Shown: positions 36,451-50,400 of the stretch, one piece after another
How positions within the stretch are numbered: the first letter of the stretch is position 1
How the letters are laid out: each line of letters begins with the position of its first letter
Assembly: GCA_964247055.1 (NCBI GenBank)
Contig: OZ176051.1
Span: forward strand, 4,836,001 to 4,900,000
Reading direction: 5' to 3'
DNA from: Paragordius varius
Taxonomy: Eukaryota > Animalia > Nematomorpha
DNA length: 64,000 nucleotides
The notes under the pieces: model-generated
The model's database searches: none
Seen by the model: only the letters and a program-made list of their open reading frames with translations
Told to the model about the DNA's origin: nothing
Position numbers and translations under genes: made by a program

Positions 36451-39400
36451 ATATATAATTTAAATATGCATTAATAAATTAGGTTAAATATCATATGTTT
36501 GCTTTTAGTATTTGATAAAACATTATTAATTTGTAAATACAGTATGAGTAAGTATATCCAGAAAGTTATTAATTATTGCCTAGAATATGCAACAAAGGTC
36601 AGCATTATTGGCTTATAATTATATATTTTACTTTTTATTTTTATTTGTCAATTATAATTCTCGTTGTTGCATCTGCTATTTGGCAATAATTAATAACTTT
36701 CTAGCAATATAAACTTACTCCTACTGTATTTTGTGATTTTAGCCTGAACTTGATATAACTCTAACATCGATAAATATATTGGAGCCGGATCCATTACCGG
36801 ATCAATTTTTCTTATAAATATACGATACGATTTAGATCTATTTTGTAGATCTTGTATAAAATTATAGATTTTGGAATCAATAGAATAAAAAATATGATTT
36901 TTTATCACACAATGCGCTCAAAGATTGGTTAACATTCGAATTCGAGTGATCTCAGAATATCCAATAAAGTTTGTAATGCAACCTTTTTGCCTTTTTTGGT
37001 ATTTGGGCACGGATTATTAATATTAAAGATTAAATTAAGATGTATGTATTAGCTACGAGCATAATAGAATGGGTAAAAAGTGTCCATATGCCTTCAATAT
37101 TTTTTAAATTTAATAGCAATATATTGCTACTAAAATAAACGTTAATCTTGCATCATCCGGGTAGTTGATGCAGAACCTTTAAATTAAAAAAGAATTTTGG
37201 ATTCTGATTTCGATTAAGGAATGTATTAAGGCATCAATTTTTTTTAATGTTATATAAAATATTTAATAACATATTTGTCATAAAAATATATTTTTAAAGC
37301 TGATTTGACAGTTTTTTCGTTCAATTTCAGAAAGGTTGTTTTACGACCCCGGGATATTTTTAATATTCGCTATTTTCCTAACATCGTGAAAAATACAACA
37401 CGGACGGCTTATAATACTGTTTAATTTATTAATTATATACATTCAAAAGGCAGCTTAGAATGAAACAGAACACATTCATTTTCAATCAACTTAAAAGTGT
37501 GTAAAAAACAATTTTGGGATCGTTTTAAAACTGCGGTAAATTATTTTATTTTTAAGTATCATATTTATTTTTTTATGTAAAAAGTTTTTAAACTTTTTAA
37601 TTAAAAATAATATAGTTTATAAATTTACATTCTATCAAAAATTTAGGCTATAAATTGCGAAGCAAAAAATAAAACCAATTACCAATTAAACCAAATATTT
37701 TGATAATAAACAATGCAAATAAAATTTAACATGGAACCAGAACCAAACCGTAGTGTTCAGATTCCATGTATATTAAGCAATAAACGCTGTATAAAAGTTT
37801 GAGTCAAAATATAATTTTATTTTTAAAAGAATACGGTATGGTTAAAGGCCAAATAATTCATCTACCGATCTGCCATTTAGAAATCTGATGCAGATTAGCA
37901 AAAGGCCTACAAAAAATATAATATGATTTTCCATATGTTCAGAAATAACATTATTTTAACCTAGCAAAAAAATTATACAAAAATCCGCTTTCACCAAAAA
38001 AAGGCATACAACTTTATTTTTTATGAAATCTACTTTCGTATATTTGATATCCTAATATCAGTCAAATGACTTGCATGATTTTTCCATTTGCACACAGTTA
38101 AATAAGATTATACTAACGCCTCATGACCTTTTTGGGTAATTTTATACCCCAGGCCAATATATATTTAGTATTGGGCCCAATTTAAAAGTATGCTTTCTTT
38201 AACCTTTTAATAGATGCTTGATACAACAATATTGTTTAAAAATAACCTAAAAATGTAAAAAATCCCCATATCAAACTTTTTCGACGCCTTTTTTTTAATC
38301 CTAACGCAACAGGAAAATAAAGGTTTATTATGGTTAAGAAATGTAAATAATTAACTGTAAGCTTACATTCCAGCAAATGATTGATAAAATTTTAATATGT
38401 TCGTTTCAATCGAGTTTTTAATCTATCCGAATTTTGGTCTATAGATTTAGAAACTGTAAAAAATGTAAACTTTATTATCTAATATAGAAGAACAATGTTT
38501 ATATAATAAAGTTTTAATAAGAATTTTTTATATAATTAATTGACAAAATATTTTTCAACCAATTTTGACAAATTAATGTAATAATATTCAAATGATACCT
38601 GATTGCAAAGGTTTAAAAATATGAGTATTCCTAAGAATAATAACATATACAATTTAAAAAATAATCAAAATATTTAAAGTATAATTAATATGTTTTTTTA
38701 TTCTATTAAAGAAGTAGTAAGCAAAAATTTTAGCTTAAGGCCATTTAAAAAGTTAAAGGAAATTTGTATGCAATTATTCACAGTATTTTTCGTAAATATT
38801 ATGAGATTGTGTCATTTAGCATTTCTATGAATTGTGACTCTTTTTAAAACGAATAGGGGGGCCAAGGCTTGTTCAAATATAAATGAATAATTTAAAAATA
38901 TAGCCCTTTATAAAGTAAAAAATAAACAAATCCTCATCTCAAACTTTTTCCACCAAATAAAACCATTTTATAAATTAGTCTTTGAATACAGTCGTACCAA
39001 TGTTTACACCCTACGACTAAATAAGTGTGGTAAAAGAAAATTCACTGTCTTTTATTTTTTATGAATAATTACACCGAAAACCTGGAAAAATTTATTCTAA
39101 TCAAATATTATCAGATTACAGCAAATAGTAATATTAATGTTGCCTAAAACTATGTTCTTAAAAGATTGTATAGTGATCATTTGCAGAAATTGTCCTTTAC
39201 GATCACTAAACACAAGCCAAAAATTGTTTTTACAATTCTTTAAAGTATATGTCTTATTAGAATTAAATATTGTTGAAATTTCATTAAGACAATATTAGCC
39301 TTTTTTTAATTATGGGTAAGAAAACTGAAAATGGCTTGAAATAGGGATATTAAATTAAATTTGCCCATCATGGTTTTTGTAGATTTAACCAATATATCTT

Positions 39401-39719
39401 GTATATTTGTGGTATGTTAAACAAAAATCATTATAAATATTCGTTACATAAAATTATGCGAGCTATGTGCGGAACATAAGACTAGACAGAATAGATCCCA
39501 TTGCTATAACCATAACACTAGACAACAAATTTTAACATTTTTTAACTGCCATTCTTGTCAATTTAAAATTTATTTCATTAAAGTACATAATTAGTATATC
39601 TGAAGAGAAAATTGGTCTCACATGGAGGAATTTTTTTATATTAGAGTTTATCAATAATTTTTGGCCCCGATTTAACATTAAACTCGAAATTTCGAAAATT
39701 TAAAGTTTTAGATATGAAG

Positions 39720-40440
39720 CCATGTATTTTATATCATTCGAAAGAGCGCAAAAAACTGCATCTTTTAAATGGTAGTAAGTCATTTAAATCCATCGGATGT
39801 AAAAGTTATTTGGATTTAAATGGTCAAAATTTTCAATCCTTAAATAAGTCAAGAATTTTGGCAGACAAACTTATTTGAAAATCATATAAATTGTTTTAAT
39901 ATAATTATTAGGGTTATATTAGTATTTAATTTAAAAAAATGTTTGGAAAAGCTTTTGGTTTCCTTTTTCAATAAAAATTATTATTATCATAAATATTTTA
40001 CCTAGTGGATAGTAAAATGCATAGTTATAACTGTAAATTTATTACATAATGGCTATAAAAGATCAAAAATACCCTAAACTTTGTTTTTATCTTTAAATTT
40101 TCAAAATTATCAGCCTTATAAAGAAAATAAATTAATATTGATGAGATGGTAATTTTTTAAAAAACAAAAAACTTAAAAATGGCTGTTTTGAGTGACATAA
40201 AAGCAATAAAAAATGTTTTAATCAAAAAAAACTTTCTTGTGTTATCTTTTTTGGACAATCATCTCCATCTAAACAAAGTTTGAGCTATTTTCATCCATTA
40301 GTTTTAAAAATATAATAATTAAAAAAAATGCTATCGCTTCGCGCCTTTGTCGCTCTTTGTGTCCAATATTAACTGTCGATATAATACATATTAGTATACA
40401 TTTTATAGAGTTTTTAATACTCTTTCGAATGATATATTAC
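39720..40440. repeat. Degenerate inverted-repeat (MITE-like) element
   Basis: tatatcattcgaaagag (~39730) pairs with ctctttcgaatgatata (~40420); true ends not found. Confidence 0.4.
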
Positions 40441-41403
40441 AAATGGGCATTTTTAGTAAAATTTTGATAAAGAGGGCGCATAATCAAAAAATTAAATTAT
40501 ACAAAATTCTTCCGACGAGTTACAATTTTTATTTCAGATTTACTGTTAAAATGATATTAAATATCAAAAAATGCAAAAAACTCGAGTGGCAGAAAAATTT
40601 GTTGTCTAGTGTAATTAATAACATTTTATCAAAAAATATTAGGTATCAAAATTTTTAGCTATATGTCAAGCATATAATATATTAATTTGTAAACTTATCG
40701 TTATTTAGCCATTTAGAGAAAAATGATAAAATCATTCTAAAAACGAGGACTACTGTTTTTCTAATAATCTAAAACAATGTTTGTTTTGGAGCCCGAATTC
40801 GACCACAGCATTAAGTCGTTTTACCTTAATAGAGTGAATGGTTAGTTTAGACTGCCATATTATTTTGGGGTTAAAAATTAGATGCATATCCATTAATCTA
40901 GTATTTTAGGTTTATATATAAATGATAAAATTAAATAGCGAATTGTTTTGACATTAAAAATATTTTTTCCCTAGTGATTAATTGCCTTGGCAGAGATAAT
41001 CATTTTCATTTGATATTGAATTTATAAAATTTGGTCACAAACCCACTGATCACACAAATTAGAGTAAAACAGGAAAAAAATGATTATATCAATTTTATTG
41101 GACTATTTATGCTGAATTAATTTTCATAAATTGATCATAGATTGGTAAATATACATTTCATTTTAATAAACATAAAAAATGTTAGTAAAATATTTGCAAA
41201 GCTGTATTTGATTGTTCCTTTGAATATGTATACATATGTATTATAATATCAAACAATAGGATAGAAAAATTAAATTTAACATAAAAAATTTCAATCCTTT
41301 ACAACATAGATATATTGGGATTGCACTAAAAAAAGTGAATACTATACTATTTTTTAAACTATACATATATTCTAAGAAAAAATTGAAAAAAAAATCTCCA
41401 AAT

Positions 41404-44400
41404 TTAATAACTAGGAATGTGTTTCTTTAACCAGGCAATAATAGCTTCATCATTCATCTTTGATGAAGCAATATTATTTGTAATAATTTCACGAGTTTGC
41501 GAATAACTTTCTTGTGTGATTAGGCCTTGTGCCAGAGGTTCTTTAAAGAAGCTATCATAATCATTCAAGAGTTGATTGGTGCCAAAATCTATATTATACA
41601 TACATAAAGTTTTAGTAATAGGCCCGATAATGTATTGTGGTGATTAATATCTTTGTAAGTAAAGTGAATAAACAACAACTGCAAATGTGCTACATATAAC
41701 CCATATACACATTATATCATTTTTAGCATCCATTTTAAAAAAATATTTTGTGAATTCAAATAGATATCCAGATGCCTTATTGTTTCCATCATAAAACAGC
41801 ACTATTTCGGTCAAACACAATATTGTCTTATTCAAAACAAGACATTTTTCAAATAAAAAATTCGAAAGGAATCGTTTTTATTGAAAGGCGAATTTTTTAA
41901 AAAATATCACAACAAATAAATCCTCAATTTTTATGTCTTTAAAGAAATTGTAACTGAATAGAAAATAGTTTTTTTTTCAATGATAAAAAGCTATAATAAA
42001 TCAAAAAGTAAATTTACATTTGCAAACAGCCTTGACTAGCCCATCAAGTGCAGATGAAGAGTCCCCAAACTCTTCAATGAATGAGGGCCATTCAGTTTTA
42101 ACAAATTTCCAGACACGGTCTTGAACCGATTGTAGGGGTGAGCTTATCATTAATCGTCCCAATACTCCAACCATATCCTGGGACCGGATATAATTTTCAT
42201 CATCATTATCAATAATCGATTTAGCACTCTTTTCTATACTGTGTGGTGGATTAAATCCATTCTTGATGTAAGATAATAATCTAAGTAATACATATATATA
42301 TATATATATATATAATTAGGTAGATAAATAGAAATAATTAGGTTTTGACCGGTCAGAAAATGTATTAACCGCTTCTAAATTCAGTTCTGCTAATAATCAG
42401 ACTACATTAAAATGTTGTGTTAAATCGAAAACATTATCAAATCTTGCTTTTAGTAACATTATTAATGACGACAAATTAATAAAAAATTAATATAGCTTTT
42501 CAACTTTTCCATTTAATTTAGGTTTTACAACAATATTTTGCTAGATTACGCGAGACTGTGTTTAAACAATTTTGGCTGGTCATTTTTATAAGCGATCTTT
42601 GGCCATGATCATTAATGCATTAACGGGGCAGACCAAAGGCCCTAAAAATATTTTATCCTTTGTTTTTACGATAAAATTAGACCTTTCCACCAAATCCATA
42701 TTGGTTGTAGTCGTGAGGGATGATAAAATTTCCATTTTTTCTGAGGGAACATTACTGGTTTTATAGGCATTCCATGCAGCTTCCCAGTCCTCTGTAGTTC
42801 CATATTGAATACCAGATCTCAAAATAGCGGATGATAAATCTGGGTATGGCTAAAGCATTACAAAAGAGAATTGAGTCGTTAAAATACATATTTTTGATTT
42901 AAAGTAAACTATGGTAAGTGTGCGTATTAGTTTTGGAAATTTAATTCAATAAAATGGATCAAATACCAAATTAGTTTTAGCGTTGGAATATTCATGGATC
43001 CACTTTTGAAACAATGGTTTCGCCTTGGAAATTGTTGGTTCATGCCCTAGTATTACGGCCATTCCGATAGTTTTTGCTTGTAAAAATCTAAAAATACCAA
43101 AAAAAGTGTTTCAAATTTTTTGCAAAAGTCTAGTGTATTCCATTTGCACTTCAATGTCCTTGAACACTTCAAGTTGGTCCTTGAACATTTTACGTTGGTA
43201 CTTGAACACCACAAGTTGGTCTTTGAACATTTAAGTTGGTCCTTTAACATTTTTGTTTTGTTTTTAACTTTTATCAATCAAATCGTGTATCATTCATATT
43301 TTAACCTATTTCCTATATTTAACAAAAACTTTAAATCATTTTTAATGTTAAATTTAGAAACCGTAGATATCATTATTAATTTAAAAAAATATGAACTTAA
43401 AAAAGATTTTGACAAAAGTGTTTTGGGTTATTAATTACATTTTTAAAAACATTTATAAGTTAATAATTTTGTTGAATTGGAAAAAATTAGTTTGAAACAA
43501 AAAGTTTTTGAATGAAAAATTTATTTTTAGCGAATAAATAAAAATAATAAATTAAGAAAATTAGGTTAAAAAATAATAAAATAAATGCAAAAATTATGGT
43601 TAAATCCTAACTTAAAATGTTCAAGGAGAAGTGTTTAAGGACCATCTTGAAATGTTCAAGGACCAACTGAAGTGTTCAAGAAACACTCTTGAAGTGCAAA
43701 TGGTATAATAAAATGCATTATGAAAGAGGATTTTGGATAAAATTAATCAAACTTACATATCTAAATGGGAAAGTTCATTGTTAGTTTTCCATGTATCATA
43801 CCGTTGCAATAATTTGTTGAGTAATAATTTATTGATGTAAGCTGGTAGGAGTTTTTGATAAACAGCGGGGTCAGAATGGTAACGAAATCGCATGTGAAGT
43901 ACATTCAAAGAATCTAAACTAGCCATTAATGGGAGAGATGCTTTTTCATTCAAGTCTAAATATTTATCAATAAAAATACATAAAAAATATTAATTCTACA
44001 CTTGCTTTGAGGTATCAAAATTTAATTTAATATGTATATATAAAAATACCGGTATCTGAATTCGAACTATTAAAAACAGTTGGATTAATGTACATTAGAT
44101 ATTCCAAAAAATCCACGTAAGATCCATATCCAAATCTAAACAAATGAATATAATCATTTTTATGGCATAAAAAAACCAAAATGATGTAGAAAAGAGATAA
44201 AGAGATAACAAATAAAATACTCGACAAAATTTCGCATATTAAAGATGAGTTGAGTGCGATCCAATTCATTTATGATGTTGGCATTGTCTTTCAAAGCTTT
44301 AAGTAGGGCTGAAAAAGTGCGTGGTCCATATTTAACCAGATAGTAACCGGAATAACCGACATTGGCTTTGACCCAAGCACGCCCTTCCGTAACATCCGAT

Positions 44401-47400
44401 GTTTCAAAGGGTACAGAATGTGAGATATTATTTTCATGAAGCCAAACTAACTAAAATATATGGAATAATAAACGGTTGCAGAAAATACGCAGTTAATTTA
44501 ATTTAAAATTTGAGCAAAAGACGCGTTCAAAATATTAACCCTTTAAAAGATTTTTATAATGTACTTATATAAGTATACTAAAAAAAGTATGTAAATTCAA
44601 ACTTGGATATGTTATTGAAACAATGTTGCAATAATATAATTAAACATGATATATTGAATACTTGATTAACATTTTCATTCGTAGCATGATTTGAGGGTGA
44701 ATTAACCATTATTGTAAGAGGGATTTGCCACATGGCGTTTGAGCGTTCTTTTTTATCTTCAGTGGCAAATTGATTAGTAAATTTATTTTGATAAATATCA
44801 AGCAAATATTTCGAATTTGGTTTTGAACTCAACGTATTTTGTTTCTGTGATAATTTGTAATCATCCATGTGAATGGGATCAGATATGGTAACTAAAGGGT
44901 AACCTTTCTGTTACACAAAATAAAATAATAATTACGATTTGTAAATATATAAAGGTGGATGATTAAATTTGAGTCAAATGCCAAATGAATGCAATATAAA
45001 AACTTTAAAGAGGGATAATTCTAATAAATTATTAGTTGTAGATAAAAACAGAGCTGTTTTCTTAGTTTCAATAAAATATGTCATAGAAATTGTTGAAAAA
45101 AGAGACAGGACATCCGACAAACTTTATAAACCAATAAAAAACATCTTAAAAAGGTGGGAGAACCCATTCGAATCCCAAAATTGCACAATTTTTGCATAAT
45201 CACTGACGGTTGGAGACTGTATTTACATTAAAGAATTTGATTGTTTGCAATTACCTAGATGATACGCTTAAATTGGACCGGAGAAAGACTACCCTCATAA
45301 TTTAAGAGCCTTAAAGAGCTTAAATGAAAGATTCTGAATATAAATTGTCAAACAACCTGTGTAATCCAGCCATTCATAATGTTTTCAATGGTGGGATTTG
45401 TAGAATTACTACCATCATTTGGGTCAACAGATACGTGCCATATCAAAGATGAATTATCTTTGCCAGGGTTTATGCCAGAGGCCTCTTCGCGGGCCTTTTG
45501 CAAGGCTCTCCATAAATCGCTAGAACGGGCGTTTCCATATGCATGTTCGGACAGGTAATCATGTAAACCTATTTTAGGCACATTATATATAGAAAGTAAT
45601 AATATTTTTGTTCCAATTAATACAGTATAGCAGGTGTATTCAACTATAAACTTAAACAGCACAATATAGCAAACGCAAAAAAGGAACCTTTTTGAAAAAC
45701 AGCCCTCGTAAGGACAAGTCCATCAAGCATACGTAGCAAGAGTGATCCCTTGTTGTAGGAAATGGCATCAAACATAGATTGCATATCCGATGGTTTGACA
45801 ACCGTGGCATGGCTAACAGGGTGAGAATCTGCCAGCGAATCTAAAAAACTTGCTCGGGGCGCTGTGTCTGGAGCAAATTTTTCCAACATTTCTATCAAGC
45901 GTATAAGAGAAAAGAGGAATGATAAAAAAAATAAGTCTAATTTGAAATTAAATAATTTCAGCAATATAGAATTTCTTTAAAAACATGGATTTTCAATAAT
46001 TACTAGTAATCTTTGTCAAACATGTATAAAATTAGTATTAATGGAAAAAACACTCAAAAATAATGCGAAATATAGTGTTAAAAGCGTTTTTTGCTAGTAA
46101 ATTTTAATACATTTGACACCAATAAACCATACTACCAACGATTCATAAATCATAGTTGGGGCGCACACAAATAATAAACGGTGATTTAAATCAGCAAGTT
46201 TGATTGGTTTAATTGTTTTAATTTTAAGTTATTTTTATAAAAAAACATGCCAAACGATCAAGAATTAATATAAAAATTAATAAAGTATAAATATTATTAA
46301 TTTCTTTAAATTTCGTTCTTGGATAATAAACCTAATTTATTTATAATTATTCAACTAATACGACATTTGCCAAATCATAGTAGCTATAAAATAATAAATA
46401 ATGGCATGATGATAAATTAAAATTTGCAAAAATTTATTTTTCCACTTAAAGAAAAAATTCCAAAAATTAAAATAATCTTCAGTACATATATATATATATG
46501 TATAAACAAAAAATATTACTCCATTCAGGAAAAACTGCATCTGCGCAAACAGATTCCATATAGGTTGCAAAACCTTCATTTAACCACAAATCATCCCACC
46601 ATTTCATAGTGACTAAATTTCCAAACCACTACAAAAAAAATGTATAAATATAAAATGTGCGTGATTATTTATACAAAATTTGCGCAATTGAATTATAACC
46701 GAAACAATTTCAATCAAAATGATCTAATAAATATCGTTTAAAAATAATTTAGGCACATATACCTTAATCTCAAAGTGCATTTTGGCTGTTTCAGCCAAAA
46801 ATTATTAATATATTATCAAAAAACTAATTAATACATTTGTAAATATACAATTTACAATTCAAATTCACCTGTTAATTGGTTATAACCTTAAGTTATATTA
46901 TTATTATTTATTATATAATTTATATGACATTGTATGTACAAGTATTCTAATTATAGTTGCCAACTTGATAACCTTAAATTATACGACATTGTATTTAATA
47001 AGTAATCTAATGACTATTATATATATGGATATTTTATATGACATTGTATTTGATACAAATAGTATTCTAATTTATTATTGTAATTTATCCTTGCTAAAAT
47101 ATATAAATACACCTATACCAACACTGAGCTATCAGTTAATAAATGTACTTAATTTGAGTTATTAATTCATATGTCGTCTCTATTTTAAACGTATTATTGG
47201 TGCCGTTAATGGACGAAATTTCCAAAATCAGTATTAACGAATACGATCCAAACACTAATTTTAAACAATACTTAAAGCACGTGAATCGTATCTTAATCGC
47301 TAAAAACATTAATCCAAATGATGAAATATTAAAAAACTTATTCCTGGCCTATGCAGGACTACACACAATCTCTAAACTGGAAAACCAAGCGTTTCCTACG

Positions 47401-50400
47401 AAAATAGAGGAGATGACATGGGCTCAAATTCAAAAATTGGCAATGCAAATCTTTGCCCCGGACAAAAGCATATGGCTGAGTCGTAAAGAATTCTTTAAAA
47501 CAACCAGACAAGAAGGCGAACCAATCATGAGTTATATGGAAAGATTAAAAGTACTAGCTGACGATTGTGATTTTGAAGGCAATATCTCATACTTATTAAG
47601 AGATGTTTTCTTGATAGGACTAAATATGCCAATCCTAGAACGGGAATTACATATAAGATTCCCCACGGGCCAAAATGAAGGCGAACCAGTGTCACTACAA
47701 ATGGTAATTGATATGGCGCATTCCCTCGAAGTGATTGAACCGAAGGTGCTAAAAATCCGCCAAGAAAGAACCATACACCAAAGAGACTGCCAAAGATGTG
47801 GAAAATGTCATGCAATCGATAAATGCAGTGCAAAGGGTCAACGATGCTATAAGTGCGGAAAATACAACCATTTTGCAAAGTATTGCCGAACCAAATATCC
47901 CACCAAACCAGGTATTCGGGCAGTGACAAATTCAACGGGGATGGGCCCAACGATAACAGTGCAACTTAACGGAATAGAAACATCAATGTTGTTTGACACC
48001 GGTGCGGATGTGACAGTTATCAATGAGAGATGCTGGAAATCAACAGGACAACCACGACTGGAGGTAGGACAAAGACTGTCCACATACAATAATGAAACTA
48101 TCCCAACCATGGGTAAAACAGAATTGCGCGTAACAATGAACGGTATGACAAAAACCCTTGAATGTTTTGTAACCGAGGGAGATCGGCCATTAATTTTTGG
48201 TCTCCCTTGGATCCGTGCATTTGCTTTAAATTTACCAGATAATGTGATGATCAATAATATAACTAATAAATCTATATATAACCAGTATAATAGGTTGTTC
48301 TCGGACGGGTTAGGCTGTCTTAAGGATATGGAGGTATCGATTGCGATAAGAAATAATGCAACACCCAAAATATACCCTTGCAGGAGAGTTCCCCTACCCC
48401 TCCAAGAACGTGTGGAAAAGGAACTAGATAGATTGATAAACCTAGGTATCTTGAGAAAAATTGACCCAAATAGGGAGCGAATATCGTGGGCCACACCAAC
48501 AGTAAATATATTAAAACCAAATGGCCAAATAAGGATATGTGCGGATTTTCGAATCAGCCTCAATCCTCATTTGCTACCCGATTCTCATGTAATCCCCACC
48601 TTTGATGAACTAATCTCAAGAACAGCTCAAGGGACAGTTTTTACGTCACTAGACCTGAAGGATGCTTACCTGCAAATTCCCATAAAACAATCATCACAAC
48701 CACTACTGACCATAACTACCCATCAAGGTTTTTATTGTTACCAACGACTTCCATTTGGGTTGACTACGGCCCCTCATATATTTCAACGAATCATGGATAA
48801 TTTGATTGGTGATATACCAGGTATATGTATCTATTTAGATGACATATTAATATCAGGTAAAACAAGAACCGAACATGACGCCACATTGACCAGGGTATTG
48901 CAACGATTGGAAGCTGCAGGGTTGAAACTGAGCCGAGACAAATTGCAACTTGCCGTTTCATCTGTCAATTACATGGGATATGAAATTTCAAAGAATGGAA
49001 TTCGTCCCACCAATGACAAAATTCAAGCTTTGATCAATTGTCCGAGACCCACCAATAAGACAGAACTAAGATCATTTTTAGGACTGCTAAACTTTCATGA
49101 ACGATTCATACCAAATCTCCATCAAGCGATATGCAACCTCCACAGAAACACAGGTTCAAGTAGACCATGGGCCTGGACCGAGATAGAAGAAGAGGAGTTC
49201 CAATCCGCAAAACAACTAATGATAAATTACAATACATTAATACCGTATAACCCAAATTGGCCAATACTAATAGAAACAGACGCATCAAACAAGGGATTTG
49301 GAGCGATCTTACTACATATTACCCCGGAAGGAAAGCGTCCCATATCATACGCTTCACGCAAATGTACCGATGCCGAAACCAATTATTCAACAATAGAGAA
49401 AGAAGCAAAAGCTATCACGTATGCCATAGAAAAATTTAAACCATTTATATATGGTAGAAAATTCAAAATTATAACCGACCACAAACCACTAATCGGGTTA
49501 TTTGGTCGAACTCGAAATTTACAAAATATTAATAATGCTAAACTTCTTAGATGGATCTATAAAACATCGGGATACGACTATGAAATCGAATATAAAAAAG
49601 GGCAAAACAACTTAGCCGACGCTCTATCCAGATTACCAAATAATGATAATACCATGGAGGTGCAAAATGAAGATGATGAGGTATCACACACGGTAAAATT
49701 TTTAACTATGAATAAATTTAATCTAAGTAAAGAGTTAGTGGAGGAGGAGATAAGGTTAGATCCATTGGCAAACAAACTTAAATCAGCAATAAGAACAAAT
49801 GATTGGAGTGATCCAAGTATAAAGGAATTTCTGAAAGTAAAAAATGAGATTCAAATATATTATAATCTTTTATTTGTAAATGACAGATTACTAATACCCA
49901 CATCTTTGCAGCGGGACGTAATGAAATTCCTACATACTGGACATAACGGAGCGCAATCGATGAAACAACAAGCAAGACAATCCATATATTGGCCAAACTT
50001 AGAAAAAGATTTAGAAAATTTTGTAGAAACATGTGAACCGTGTCAAAGAAACAAGCCTAATATAAAGGAAAATCCAACGTGGAAATGGAATTTCAACACC
50101 GCGTTGTGGGAGAGAATTCACATCGACATAGCCGGCCCCATAGATGGTTATTTTTGGTTAGTTACCATTGATAGCGCTTCAAGATGGGTTGAGGTGGATC
50201 TACTCAAATCGATAACCTCACAACAATTATTGAATTGTTTAGAAAAACACATGGCCAGATTTGGTTTTCCGAGACAGATAGTCACTGATAATGGGCCATA
50301 CTTTACATCCCATGAATTTAGAAGTACCTTACATAATCTTAATATAAAACATATTTTAGTGAGTCCATACCATCCCAAGTCCAATGGATTGGTTGAAAGA

